Below, piece by piece: positions 35,077 to 48,495 of a stretch of 64,000 nt of DNA. The stretch is from positions 281,852,001 to 281,916,000 of the forward strand of contig OZ024740.1 in NCBI GenBank assembly GCA_964016885.1, given 5' to 3'. Made by a program: the position numbers and the translations under genes. Origin of the DNA: Eledone cirrhosa (lineage: Eukaryota). Each line of letters starts with the position of its first letter. Positions within the stretch are counted from its first letter, which is position 1. A model generated the notes under the pieces. That model worked only from the letters and a program-made list of their open reading frames with translations. It ran no database searches and was not told the DNA's origin.

Positions 35077-35479
35077 CTAAATAAATACATATTAATAAAT
35101 CATATATTCATACATACATATAATTATATACACATATATATTATTATTATTATTGTTATTGGCATTTGTCGGTCTCATAGGACAATGGATCTGCACCTGT
35201 AGAATTTTGTGTCAGCTGCTGATGGCAGTGCAGCGTCTGCTATGTATCATATATATATATATGATACATAGAACACAGAATATATTAGAAGATTTTAAGA
35301 TAAATGTAATGTAGATATAACTACACTTTTTAAAATTAGATACCTTGCTGTGAAAAGAAATGTAATCAGGGATGAAACCATGCTGTTTAGATGACTAGAC
35401 TTGTGTGCATCTTCATTATGTTAGGAATAACACTTAAGCAATCTCCAAATCCATAGCTAGACACTTTAGTTCCCTTAAT

Positions 35480-36348
35480 CATCTACTGTCAGCAACGATT
35501 TGCGTTGGACAAATCATGTCTCTAAGATTGTCAAGAAGGCCGAGGGTGTCTTGGCATCACTCAGCAAGACCTTTGTTAGCCGCTCTCCAGCCATCTATTT
35601 AAAACTGTATACAGCTATGGTACGACCACACTTGGAATTCGCATCATCAGTCTGGAACCCCTATCTTGCTCAGAACATTGACCTCCTGGAAACTGTTCAG
35701 AGACGTGCAACCAAGCGCATACCCTCCATCAGACACCTACCATACTCTGAATGCCTTGCTTCCCTGGGCATGGATTCATTGAAGCTCCGACGTCTGGCAA
35801 TGGACTTGGTGAATACCCACAAAGTTTTTAACCATCTCGCCAATTGCAACCCTGAGCGCCTCTTTGATCTCCATGTGTCTAACACACGTGGACATGCCTA
35901 CAAGATCAGAAAACAGCACAGCTCCCATGACTTTCGTAGACATTTTTTCACGCTCAGAGTTGCTGAAGCATGGAACAAACTGCCTGCGTCAGTTGTTGGC
36001 TGCCAAGACACTGCATCCTTTAAGACACTCATGCTTCCCGAAATACGCCAAAACTACACCTGATGTACCCCTTCCATACACATGCATGTGTGTACCATGA
36101 CCCGTGCACTGTTCATTTTACTGATGTTTGTGCATTGCCCTATGTACTGTACATGAACTTTTTTGATGAGTTGTGGTGCACCTGGGCACTGTACACAATA
36201 TTTCATTATTGTTATTATTATTATATCATGACTCATACACTGTTCATTTTCCTGACATTTGTACATTATTCTATGTACTATACATGCACCTTTGATGAGT
36301 TGTAGTGCACCTGAGTACTGTACACAATAATTTCATTATTATTATTAT
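35480..36348 (+). mobile_element. CR1-clade LINE 3' end with tandemly duplicated 3' UTR and (TAT)n tails
   Basis: Contains LYTAMVRPHLEFASSVWNPY...LETVQRRATK...TRGH...FFTLRVAEAWNKLP. The block TTTGATGAGTTGT(G/A)GTGCACCTG...CATTATT occurs twice. Confidence 0.9.
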
Positions 36349-37710
36349 GAGTAGATTCACCTTACATTTTGACTGAAAATACCTTCATAAATACAAAGAA
36401 AAAGATGTGATCTATTCCCGCAAGGCTTTTCCTTGCCCAAAGGTATTAATGAACATCTAACATTCTCCTAGTTTATCATTTTCTAGACATGTGATGCCAC
36501 TATCCCCCTTCATAATTATATCTATTTGTGTACTTGTTTCTATTGTTTAACTCTAGGTCTGATTTCATCAACAAGACCTCTGGTTGGAGGCATTCCAAGC
36601 ATGTGAGCCCCTTTGTTTATATGTCATGGACTGAGTTGTCCAATGTGTTTCATAATTTGTAAGACATCAAATGTTTCACTTGAATGAGATCTAGCTGCCA
36701 TTTCTGGTTGTCAAATGACTTCATGGAGGCTCTCTTGTTTGTAGCTATATAAATATATATGAAAATGTGAACATGCATATATATATATGTGTGTATGTAT
36801 ATTTGAATGTATGTGTGTGTGTATATGTGTAACTGGGAATAAAAAAACAGGAACTGTGAACCTTGAATACACCATAAAGAAAATCTGGAATGTTTATCAT
36901 AAGTTATACCAGAAGACATCTAGATGTTTTATTGACTATTCACCTCATCAACCACTGTTGAACTAAAGACAGTTAATCATTTTGCCACACAATATATAGC
37001 AGTTGTTGACTTCATAAATGATTGACATATGAACTGACTAGAAATGAACAAAGAAACGAAGTACTGTATATAGGTATATAAGACAAGGAACATGTGATGG
37101 AAAAAAAAAAAAAAAAAAAAAAAAATCGATGGTAAAATGGTGTAGGATTGGTTTATACAATGTGTTCATTAGCTGCCTCAGTTTATAAACAGGGTTTGCA
37201 CCTATTTCTCAGACATAAAATAGGGAGTCTGCAGTTATATTCGAGTATATACAGTAGTTACTTTGTATATCAGCAAGAAATGATAACTGTCCCAGAAAGT
37301 TCGTTAGAAATACCACGAGAGTGCCCCATTGGGAGAATATAGTAAGTTGGGATGCTTAAATACATCCAGGAGTTATATAGTAAATCCACATGAACCAAAG
37401 TAGTACAATTTTCATAAAATATATCACCTCAACGGGTGGTCAGTGTTATAACTTTATGTGAATTAAACAAACGGGGAAATGGAATATACCACATAAAGAA
37501 AGTATGGAATATTTACCACAAGATATATTTCATGGAACATCTAGATGTTTCAGTGAATATTCCTATATAAGTTTACCACAAAAGAAAGTATTTAAAAACT
37601 TCCTGAGAAGAAAATATACTTTGCACATGGCTCAAAGACAGAAAGAAAGAAAAAATCAATATGTGAAATAATTATAAAACAGTACTTGAAAATATATTTC
37701 TAAATGAGAC

Positions 37711-37756
37711 CTTTAAGAGATCCTTCTGCAGCATAATGGTCTTTTCGAAAGGTGAC
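37711..37756 (-). CDS. CRPPA: ISPD/CRPPA paralog B, exon 6
   Basis: TTTATAG acceptor and G|GT donor, 46 nt. Translates VTFRKDHYAAEGSLK, completing the KVTxxxD motif. Same length as exon 6 of paralog A. Confidence 0.92.
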
Positions 37757-40124
37757 CTATAAAAAACAAAAATAAAAAACCCAATAAATATAAGAAAATA
37801 TTTTTGAATGTAAGATATATACATAAACTGAGAAATAATAAATACATTATTTTTTTCTGTGGCAAAAAAACAGAATATATATATACACACACAAGTGTGA
37901 ATGATAACTCTGGATTAAATAAAAGAAAAACAAATATGAAATTGCCAAATATTAAATGCAGACGACCCTTAACAACAAATGACAGTGACATCTCTGTGTG
38001 TGTGTATCATCATTGTTTTACATCACCCTTCCATATTAGCATGGGTTGGATAGGTTGCCATGGTCTGAGACAAGACAGGTAGCAGAGACCTTCATCTTGT
38101 TCATACATTCCATAATTGGGATGGTTTCCATAGCTGAATGCCTTTCCTAACACCAACCACCATACAGGGCAGTTTATTGTAGTGCCAGCATGAACAATTT
38201 ACAGAGTGCAGTGGGAGCATTTTATTGTGTGTGTAAATATCATCATCATCGTCGTCATTTTAATATCTGTTTTCCCTGCTAGTAAGGGCTGGATGGGTCT
38301 ACATAGACCATTTCAGTACTGAAGCAAGGCTGCTAATCTGGACAGGCCAGGGATCTGCATGTCACTTATGTATGGTTTCACGGTCTACTGAGTGCATAGG
38401 AGAGGTTGTCATGTATTTGACACAACTTAGGGTCCCCCCCAACCCTTTGTTTGGCAAGCTTTCTACGGCTGGATACCCTTTCTATCACCAGCCACTTTAC
38501 AGTATGTACTGAGTGTGTTTATTGTGTAGATCACCAACACTAGAAAGGTTGCCATGCTGCAGCACGACTAAATAGTTTGTATGGTGTGCAGACATGTTGT
38601 GTGAAGGCAGACTGAGTTGGGTGTACTGCATGAGGATGGTGGAACGACTCTGCCCAAAGTGATTTGACGACGCAAGGTAAGTCCGAATGCCTCCGGCAAT
38701 CTTCCCCCACGGCAGCCCCACAGGTTATCTCGACTCCCCCCACCCCACATGTTTGTATTAACATTTTAAAACCATCAGTTTCATCTTCGGAGTGGAATGG
38801 TCATACTAGTGGTGTATTGGTCATGTGCTTAGCAATGGTCGTAAAGTATCATGGGTGTATTAGATCGTGGAAACCTAATACAAGCACTATACTTTCCCAT
38901 CAGTTAACAATGCATTTACAAGGAGCCATCACAACAGCTGAATGGAGGAAAGTGTGTAATTCTGTTCAACCTATAGCTACAAGATAAACCTTAGATTTAA
39001 TGGTAGCAAATAAATGGTAACTTTCCTCAATCTTTTAAAGATTCTTCTTTGTCATCATCATCAGCCAATGGCTAGTAAGCAGAAAACTGAACCAATCATA
39101 TACATTTTTATATCTACTTTTCCAGGCATGTATGTGTTGGATGTGTCTTATCAAATACAGCTTTGTTCCACTTGTTTTTTTTTTAATCTTTTTGGTGAAG
39201 AAGTGCTTCAGCACTGATTTGATCTATGTAGATCTGTCCAACCTTTGCTAGTTGGAAAAGTGCATGTTAAATGATAAAAATGTTAACTCCTCTGGGAGGT
39301 TCAGCATTTGGAGATCAGTACTCACAAATTCTGCCCAGGTTTTCCTTAGTCTTCTTCTTCTGTAACATCTTTCACCGGGAGTTTTTGCCACTTCTTTACC
39401 CAACAATCATCATCCATACATATCACATGTTCATACCAGTGCAATCTCCTTTCTTGTACTCTGCATCAGATTCCTCTTTTGCTTTGAGGTATTTACAACA
39501 CATACATCAATAAATGACAAACATCTTGATTCATCATCATCATCACCGTTTCACATCCATTCTTCCACGCTAGCATGGGTTAGATGGGTTGCCCTGTTGT
39601 GGGCAATGTCATGTCAGGTGACCATGCCTTGCTCATATGGAACTGATTTTGGATTGATTTCTACAGCTGGATGCCCTTCCTAAACCAACCTCATCTACAG
39701 TTGAGTACTGGGTGCCTTTTTACCGTGGCACATACACGACCACTTTACAGTGTGAACTAGGTGCTTTTTGTTGTAACACCTACACAACCACTTTACAGTG
39801 GGAAGGGGTGGGGGAATACTGTCTATATGCTTCAGCTTTGGCTTGTACCCATGGGAAGTCAGGTCTTCTGTATTACTGTGTAACACCAGATGGCCTTTGA
39901 GAGGTGCAATTGAGCAAGGTCAGCTTTTATCACCTCATCGCAGGTCTTCTTGTACATATGAATCAGTACACTTATGATCAAAGGACTTTTAGAAATGACT
40001 GAATGCAATAGTAGTATTCCTTGATACCAAGTAAAAATAAATGATGAAGAGTGTCAAGATGAGACGACTAGTACTCCTATAAGAGTCAATGATGTAGAAA
40101 CGGAAGTGAAGAAGATATAGATTC

Positions 40125-40345
40125 TTAACCTTTTCATTACCATATTTCTAATGAAAGACACTACCTATAAGGTTGAAATCATTTTGAAAATAACCAAGAA
40201 TTTGTAAAGATTTATTAATATAACTTTTGCATTATTAAACTAATGTTTGGAACATACAGATTTTTACATAAAATTAGGATGGAAAGTTTTTAGATAAACA
40301 TAAACATTTAATAAGAGTTGAAGAATCAGGGGTGATTTCAGACAG
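40125..40345. mobile_element. Second TTAA-flanked MITE family (related pieces ~26350, 28230-28572, 32270-32508, 48585-48937, 59730-59960)
   Basis: TTAA|CCTTTT...AAAAGG|TTAA termini. Shared internal TTTTGAAAATAA..AGAATTTGG motif. Confidence 0.7.
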
Positions 40346-40442
40346 TTTGGAATCAAAAAGGTTAAGCAAGAATAAACAAGCTTTTTGCTTTAACTGGATA
40401 AGTGCAATTTATCATTTGAATATTAGGTAATTCAATACTTAC

Positions 40443-40544
40443 TTTCCAAAGGGGTGGTCCCTCAACAAGGAATGCATTAACATTGGTATACCTTTGGACT
40501 AAATGTAAACATTCAGTGCTATATTCTATATCATCATTCGTACA
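40443..40544 (-). CDS. CRPPA: ISPD/CRPPA paralog B, exon 5
   Basis: TTTCCAG acceptor and GTAAGT donor, 102 nt. Translates CTNDDIEYSTECLHLVQRYTNVNAFLVEGPPLWK. Confidence 0.94.
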
Positions 40545-43500
40545 CTGGAAATGATTAAAAAAATGTAGATTGTGTAAAAGCTCAAAGTTATAAGCAAATA
40601 TGCAGATATTTCTTAAATATAAATGAATAATCACAATAATGTTGGTTAATTGTTAAATAAGGGGATAAAAATTATTTATTTTTCCAGTTTAGTTTTATTT
40701 CAGTTAAATATTTTAGATGAAGTATGGAAAGACTACACTAATGAATCAATAAGCACAATGTAGAATGTCTGGAGTGTAACTTCCACTTTTCAAGAGATTT
40801 CTCTTAGTATTTCTTAAGTTAAAAACATAATAATGATTTCTGATTTAGGCACAAGGCCAGCAACTTTGGGGGAGGGCAAAGGCAATTAAATCAACCTCAG
40901 TGGATACTGGTATTTTATTTTATTGAACCAGTAATGATGAAAAGCAAAGCTAACCTCGGTGGGATTTGAAATCAGAATGTAAAAGGCTGTAACTCTATGC
41001 TGCAAAGCATGTTGTCCGACACTCAACCAATACCACCAATAACATAATAATAACAATGATGGTAATAGCACCAATAGATTCTTCAATACTATGCATTACA
41101 TCAAGAAAAAAACCAAAACCTAATAGATCTGGAACTAGAGAACATCCACAAAACATTCTATGAAGAGACATTGTTTACCACAACAAATTAGATGTAATAA
41201 GATAGCTTGGGAGGACAAGAAGAGGAGATTGTAATGATATATTTAAAATAGGTCAATGTATGCCCAGCTTGGTCTTTGGAACAGATGGTATATAGAGATA
41301 CTGTTTGAAATTATTCCCCTCCATACTTATACATATAAACATCTGATTGGATTAATAAAAAGATCACCTGAATTATGAATGATAGAAGTAAAGGACAAGT
41401 GTTTGTGAACATTCTATAGTGTTTGTCTGATTTGGCCATAAAGAAAACAAAAACTATCACTATCATTATCATCATCATGTCTATTTTTCCATGTTTGCAT
41501 GGGTTGGACAGGTCTTTCTCAACATGGCATCTCTTCATTTGTCGCATTCCTTTGCCAACTACTCTGCAAGCCTTAGCAATTTAAGGTCAGCTCTCCCAAC
41601 CTCTGCCCAGATCTTTCTTGGTCTACTTCTGCTGCAGCTTCCTTTCATGATTAAGATCTATTTTCCATGCTTGCATAGATTAGATGAGTTGTCATGTACT
41701 GAGGATAGACAAGTCAGGTGACCATGTGTTGCTCAAATGCTGGATACTCTTCCTAATGCTAATCATTTTACAGCATGGACTGGTAATATTTTATTGTGAC
41801 TTTGGCATTATCACTTTAAAGTGGAGATTGGGTACCTTTTGTCATGGCAACAACACTACCACCTAACAGTGCTATCTGTCAGGAGAAATTCTGCATGATG
41901 ACTAACAGTTCTGTGAATTATCACATTAACACAAATGATATGGTTCTAAACTCCGGCTTCATCTAAATCTTCAATAATTTGGTCTAACTAATGTTATTAA
42001 GTGCACACAACAGATAGAGAACCGGTTTGTAAGAAAATGGTAAGTACTTTGGGTTTGTATCAGTTCAGAAAGAAATGTTCTAGAGGAACTCATTTTCTCT
42101 ACTTTTTTTCATTATTACTTCAATTTAGAGTGGTGGATTGGCAGAATTGGTTGAGTGTTGCACAAAATGCATTGCAGTATTTGTTCTGGCTCTTTAGTAG
42201 TTCAAATCCTGCCAAGATCAACTTTGCCTGTTATCCTTCTGAGGTTCATGAAATAAAGTACCAATTAAGTCTGGGGTCAATTTTATTGACTTTCTCTTTC
42301 CTTAAATTGCTGGACTTGTACCTAAATTAGAAACCATTATTACTTCAATTTCATAGGGTGGTGGATTGGCAGTATCGGTATAGGGTCGGACGCCATGCTT
42401 TGATGCATAGAGTTACAGCCCTTTCCAATCTGAGTTCAAATCCCGCCGAGGTTAACTTTGCCTTTCATCCTTACGGGGTCGATAAAATAAAGTACCAGTA
42501 ATGCACTGGGTAATTTGCTGGCCTTGTGCCAAAAGTAGAAACAATTATTACTTCAATTTCATTTTCAATTACTCTAAATGATACTGGAATTGGATAAGTT
42601 TAAGCAACTCTTCGTCAATAGAAAAATCTATTGATACATTAAAAGATAACTGTCAATACACAGACAGACAGATACATATATAGAAAATTATCTCATCAAA
42701 ATATATCCTCAGCTATGTGCATCCAGTTTAGAATAAGTACATTTTATCCCTCTGTGTAATATGAAGTGATTGAAAGAGTTTGCACCAGAAAGTACATTTG
42801 GTTATAAAGCATAGCTTCAGGAAGCACCACACGATGAGTGGTGCCAGTAGAGCTAAACCCTACTTCAGCAGGGCAAAATAGTCTTAAAACACTTGCTGCT
42901 GTATATCCCTATCCTGCATATAATCTAGTTAAGACACATTTTATAAATTTTTATTTTGCACTTAAATTGTTGTATGAGGCTTTTTTTATGTTTATTTTTT
43001 CTTTTCTGTTTCTTTACTTACTCATTTATTATTTGTGCATTTTGAAATACGTTAGTCCTAACTGCACTTTGGTTGATGACAGAGCAACTGATGTGCATTA
43101 CAAAAAAATATAAAAGTGAAAAAATTGAACATGATAAAACTCTATTTGAAAGTTGAATGACATTTTTAAGAAAGTTATAATTAAAACGTTTTAGGGTAAT
43201 AACTTCATCTGCACCACTTCCAGGTTTTCTTCTTCTTCGTGCTCTTGTTCAATGAGGTAGGGGTCATCATAAGCCAGCAAACCCAAAGCACCGTCATGCG
43301 TAGAGCTGACCAGGGCCACAATATTTCTAGGTACTAAACTTCATTCCAATCAGTTTATTCTCCAACTATTCTAAAGTGTTCTCTTCTCATACATGTACAT
43401 ATTTCTAGGCTGGATCTGAATGTATATGTTAGAAGAGGACATCTGAAGATGAGCAAAGTATTGACTAGTGAAATGTGGTAGGTTAATACAATAATGAGCA

Positions 43501-43927
43501 TTTTAAGGTTATTTTCATGCTAAAACTGGGATTAGCATTTTAGGCCCTATAACAGGTTTCATACTAATCACAGGGTGCTTTTTGAAGCAATGTTTTATGG
43601 CTGGGTGTCTGGAACCAACACTTGTAGTTGCCGCTTACAATATGGAGGGATATGGTACACTTAGTGTAAACCAGATCCCGTCTATTCTCGAATATAAGCC
43701 GATGCAAATATAAGTCCCCCACCCCCATTTTATGTTTGAGAAATAGGTGAAATCAAAACCCAGTCTATAAACCAAGGCAGCTAATCAATACATTATTTAG
43801 ATGGCATATATAAGCCAACCTCCCATTTTACCATTGATGTTTTGGTGACATATTCCTCAGCTTCTATTCAAGTATATGCAGCAATTTTTTTCTTTGTTTA
43901 TGGATTTCTTTAAAAATAAAGATTTAC

Positions 43928-44077
43928 CATTTCGTAGGCTTTCTTTAGTAAATCAAATCGGAATCCTTGAGGCATCTCACTGGCACGATGGAGGTTTTTA
44001 TCAAGAAACTCAGATAGGAAGCTGTTAGAGTTAACAGAGAGTATGTTTGAATTAAGGGGGTTGACTATCCCAGCAGC
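43928..44077 (-). CDS. CRPPA: ISPD/CRPPA paralog B, exon 4
   Basis: CAG acceptor and GTAAAT donor, 150 nt. Translates AAGIVNPLNSNILSVNSNSFLSEFLDKNLHRASEMPQGFRFDLLKKAYEM, with the HRASEMPQ motif. Confidence 0.95.
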
Positions 44078-44473
44078 CTGTATGGGAGAAAACAATAATC
44101 AGGTTTTAAATTTCAAAATACTTTAAAAACAATTTTACATTTTCTCATTCAAACTGTCCTTAAAGTTAGAATACTATTTGAATTAAAAATAGATATATTA
44201 CTCCATGTATTTCTGTATGGAATGATATGTCAATATGCACTGTGGCACCTGTTCATAAAACAAAAACTCCATCAATGATGAAGCTTCTATATGGTTGTTT
44301 AATCTACTAGAGAGAACAGCCACCTCTTTCAACCATCTTGAAAAAAAAAAAAAGATACAAGATATTGTAGTTATAGATACATCTAAAAAAACCTAGCCAC
44401 AACTGGAATGCAAGGCTGACCTGGAGCTAAACAACAATGACAACAACAATAATCTCAGTTAATCATCTAGAAT

Positions 44474-45772
44474 CGTCATCATCATCATCATCGTTTAACG
44501 TCCATGTTCCACGCTTGCATGGGTTTGGACGGGAGTTTTCCCACTTGAGGCAAGAGTGGTTGTCTTGCTCGCATAGGACTGTCTGGCGGGTTTTCTACAG
44601 TTGGATGCCCTTCCTAACACCAACCACATTTACAGTGTGGGGCTGGGAGGTTTTTACCGTGTTGCCTACACGGCCACATTACAGCGTGGACTGTCTGGCG
44701 GGTTTTCTACAGCTGGATGCCCTTCCTAACACCAACCCCATTTACAGTGTGGGACTGGGAGGTTTTTACCGTGTTGCCTACACAGTCACATTACAGCGTG
44801 GACTGTGTGTTTTTTTTGTTGTGACACCTACACGATCTCATTTGTTTCGGCCTGGATTTTGTGGCACCAACATAACTTTACATTGAAAGGGGCGGTGTGG
44901 ATGGGGTGGGGGTGGTGGGACGGGGGTGTATTTTGTTAGAGATGCCTACTGACTGTAGTAGGTTTTACTTTGTATTTAGGTAAGGCGGGTCTTCTCTATT
45001 ACTGAGTACCGCCAAAGGTCTCGGTCCAGTGACATTGTCTTGGAGAGGTGTAAGTGTGTGAGGTCGGAATTTATCAGCTCGTCCCAGGTTTTTCTGGGTC
45101 TGCCTACTCCGTGGCTACCGTCTATCTTTATTGCCCTGCACTTTACTATACAGCTGTCGTCTTTCATGCGCATCACGTGACCATACCAATGTAGCCTTCT
45201 CTCGAGTAAACAACATCTGATCCCTCTTATTTCTAATTTTTTCCTTAGTTCGTTTATGCTTTGCCGTTCGCGTATATTACTATTACACATCCAGCGGAGC
45301 ATGCAAGCTTCGTTCCTCTCTAGTCTGCGTATATCCTCTGCACACAATGCCCAGGTCTCACTGCCATGCAACATTGCTGTTCGTATGCAGGCATCATACA
45401 ACCTGCCTTTCATTTTTAGGGAGAACCCTTTAGCGGCTAATAGTGGTATAAGCTCTCTGAACTTTTTCCATCCCGTTCTGACTCTAGTTACTGTACTTTC
45501 AGAGCACCCTCCCCCACTGCTGATTTTGTCACCCAGGTAACGGAAGCTGTCCACTATTTCTATAGAACCCTCTGCGCAGTTGAAACAGCTAGTATTTTGT
45601 GGGCACTTGCTGCTACTTATTGCACCAGAGCACCGGCCACATGTAAAATCTGTGTTCTTAGTTAGCTTACCTGTGATCCCACTACATCTTTTATGCACCC
45701 ATACTTTGCATTTGGGATATAAAATGGAGTTTCTACCTACGCCTTTCCTACACACTGAGCATGGCCATTTTC
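44474..45772 (-). mobile_element. RTE-clade LINE 3' fragment, same family as 50252-52748
   Basis: 259-aa open frame closely similar to 51579-52350, plus a (GAT)n tail. Candidate TSD CTAGAAT at 44467-44473 and 45773-45779. Confidence 0.93.
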
Positions 45773-47062
45773 CTAGAATATGATATTTCCAAAATATGTT
45801 TGGTTAATCTATTCTGTATAGTAAAAAAGAACAGAAATAAAACAACAAAAGAAGAGGCAATAAATCATACACCAAAGATAGATATTAGGAAGTAAAGGAA
45901 AATAATTCATTGAAGACAAAACTATAGGATAGGGTTGAGAAAAAGGTTAAATCTAGAAAAATAACATTATATATGTATGTGAGAAGCAATGAAGATATAT
46001 ATTAGTTTAATGCTTGATATAATAGGAAAAGAGTCTTAATGTTTTGCATGCTTGTCATTCATTAAAAGATAGAATGAGAAATAAGGGAAGAAATAGAAAG
46101 ATAAAAGAGAGTGAGAAGAGGAAGAAACGGGAAAAAAATATTTTTGAGAAAAACCATATATAAAGCAAGTATACATATATAATATGACTTACTGTAAAGA
46201 TTGGAATTATGAAAGAACACTAACCACAAGTGAAGTTATTCTCTTTTTTTTCCATTATATATATATATATAATGAAAAAAAAAATTTTTTTTTGCTCTAC
46301 ATGGTTGAATACAATAAATGTAATCTGAGTTTTTCGAATATTAATAATAATATTTGATTCGTTTGCAATTATACAAACAAGCCTCTTGTTTTGCATAATT
46401 GCAAAAGAATCGAATATTATTATTAATATTCGAAAAACTCAGATTACATTTATATATATACATATATATATATTAAAGTTAAGCCAAATTTTAATTTGGG
46501 GTGATAAAATCTAGACCAAGTAAAATAAATCAGTTTTACTTATACAGTTCCTCGAGGATGGTTTTATTAATATATCTTATCCTTTCATTGAGATGTTTAC
46601 ATATTAGAGACAGCTAACTTTATAAATATATATATATATATACACACAATGAGCTTTCTCAGATTCCACCTCCCAAATTCATTCACAATGCATTATTCAG
46701 CCCTATAGTAGAAGACACTTGCACAAGATGCTATTATACAAATTCTTAACTACATAGCCATGCCTACACTTTACAGCCAGAACTAAATAAAATATTTAAC
46801 CCTTTAGCATTTACATTACTCTACATTTACTACTGTATTTTCGTGGTAAAGACTTTACCTCACATAACATCGAATGTATGAGATTTTGATATTAATTATT
46901 TTGAGAACAATACCTTGACATCAGTATGATTGGCAAGTTATGGTCAGTTTGAACAGAAAGAGGTGAGAGAATTCTGGCTGGATATGGCCAGTTTAAAGGC
47001 TAAAGGGTTACTAATTGCTTCAGTAGAAAATATTTTTAAATACACAAGTTGTAAATACATAC

Positions 47063-47163
47063 ACCATGTTTCTTCGCAGCAACAGCAACTTGTTGGATGA
47101 TAGATTCATTAATGAGTGGACGAACAGCATCATGGATTAACACAATGTCAGGATTTTTCCAAA
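47063..47163 (-). CDS. CRPPA: ISPD/CRPPA paralog B, exon 3
   Basis: TAATTAG acceptor and GTATGT donor, 101 nt. Translates (V)WKNPDIVLIHDAVRPLINESIIQQVAVAAKKHG, with the HDAVRP motif. Not in the ORF track. Confidence 0.95.
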
Positions 47164-47224
47164 CTAATTAAAGCAAATTAGAATTGATATGATATTATAT
47201 AATGATGATGATGATGATGATATA

Positions 47225-47717
47225 AAGGACTTATGGAACATGACTATCCAGTGCAATAATATAATAACAGGAAGGAGACATAACATAGCTGTGATAGAAA
47301 ATAAAAGAGAGGATATGTCAAATTATTGGTGTTGTCATTCCTGTAAATGACAGGATCTAACCCTCCCCACTACCACCACCAAATGGAGAAAGCAGATAAA
47401 TACTAGGACCTTAGAATTGAAGTCCAAAGAATATGGAGTATGAGAATGGTTGAGGTCATAACAATAGTAATAGGTGCTCTTGGTTGTGTGACCAAGAACT
47501 GAAAAAAATGGATAGAAAAATTTGGTATTCAGGTAAAGGTAGTATTCGTCAAGAAAATAACAACCCTAGGAACAGCTAGAATTTTGAGAAGGGAGATGGG
47601 AGCATAAACTTCAGTTGAAAGTAACCAAGAGTTCCTAGGTCATTAGTTATGACCCGTCCTCTTGGTTTGGTAATATGGCAAAAGAACAGCCTAGGAAAGA
47701 AGAAATAATAATAATAA
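47225..47717 (+). mobile_element. R4/Dong-like non-LTR element 3' remnant (restriction-like endonuclease domain)
   Basis: Decayed translation WNMTIQCNNIITGRR..I.VI...IIGVVIP...EKADKY.DLRIEVQRIW...VEVITIVIGALG, ending at a (TAA)n run. Confidence 0.7.
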
Positions 47718-48307
47718 TTGTTTCTACTTTTTGGCACAAGGCCAGCAATTACCCAGTACATTACTGGTACTTCATTTTATCAACCCCCGTAAGGATGAAA
47801 GGCAAAGTTAATGGCTTCTGATTTAGGCACTAGGCCAACAATTTTAGGGAAGGGAAAGTCGATTAAATCAACCTCAGTGCATTACAGGTACTTTATTTTA
47901 TTGAGCCTGTAAGGATGAAAAGCAAAGCTAACATCAGCAGGATTTGAAATCAGAATGTAAAGGGCTGTAACTATATACTGCAAAACGTGTGATGCTCTAC
48001 CGATACTACCAATCCTCCGCCCTCATAAAATAATAAATAACTTCATAAAATATTTAAAGTACACTTCACAAATCCATTATCAGTTTTCTATAGGAAAGTA
48101 TTTGGAATCATTGTCAACAAAAACATTTTATACAGAAAAACTACAAATAATCTATTGTCTCTATTTTTGTGAAAACTCTTCTCACACATAAACATTACAC
48201 ACAATCTAAAAAGTACAGTCATCATTGTTGTTGTCAACATTATCATCATTAATACTATTATTATCTTCAGCAACATCATTATAATATTATTATTTAGCAG
48301 AAATTTA

Positions 48308-48495
48308 GGGCGGTGGATTGGCAGTATCGGTAGAGGGTCGGACGCCATGCTTTCCAGCATAGTTACGTCCCTTTACGATCTGAGTTCAAATCCCGCCGAG
48401 GTTGACTTTGCCTTTTATCCTTACGGGGTCGATAAAATAAAGTACCAGTAATGCACTGGGTAATTGCTGGCCTTGTGCCTAAAGTAGAAACAATT
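48308..48495 (+). mobile_element. tRNA-derived SINE family 1 (other copies ~1400-1530 -, 26071-26258 -, 28290-28435 +, 40840-41040 -, 42128-42335 +, 42356-42543 +, 47718-48022 -, 55845-55972 -)
   Basis: Repeated GGGCGGTGGATTGGCAGTATCGGTAG...GAGTTCAAATCCCGCCGAGG (A/B boxes)...CATCCTTACGGGGTCGATAAAATAAAGTACCAG. TSD-like duplications, e.g. ATTATTACTTCAATTTCAT around 42356-42543. Confidence 0.9.

Noticed and set aside
38600-38990. GC-richer patch with short ORFs on both strands
   Set aside because: No recognisable domain or splice pattern. It lies among SINE fragments and is probably transposon-derived.
43191-43332. GC-richer short open frame on the minus strand in intron 4 of paralog B (…YDDPYLIEQEHEEEENLEVVQMK…)
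   Set aside because: No convincing splice sites, no recognisable homology, and exons 4 and 5 already join in frame.
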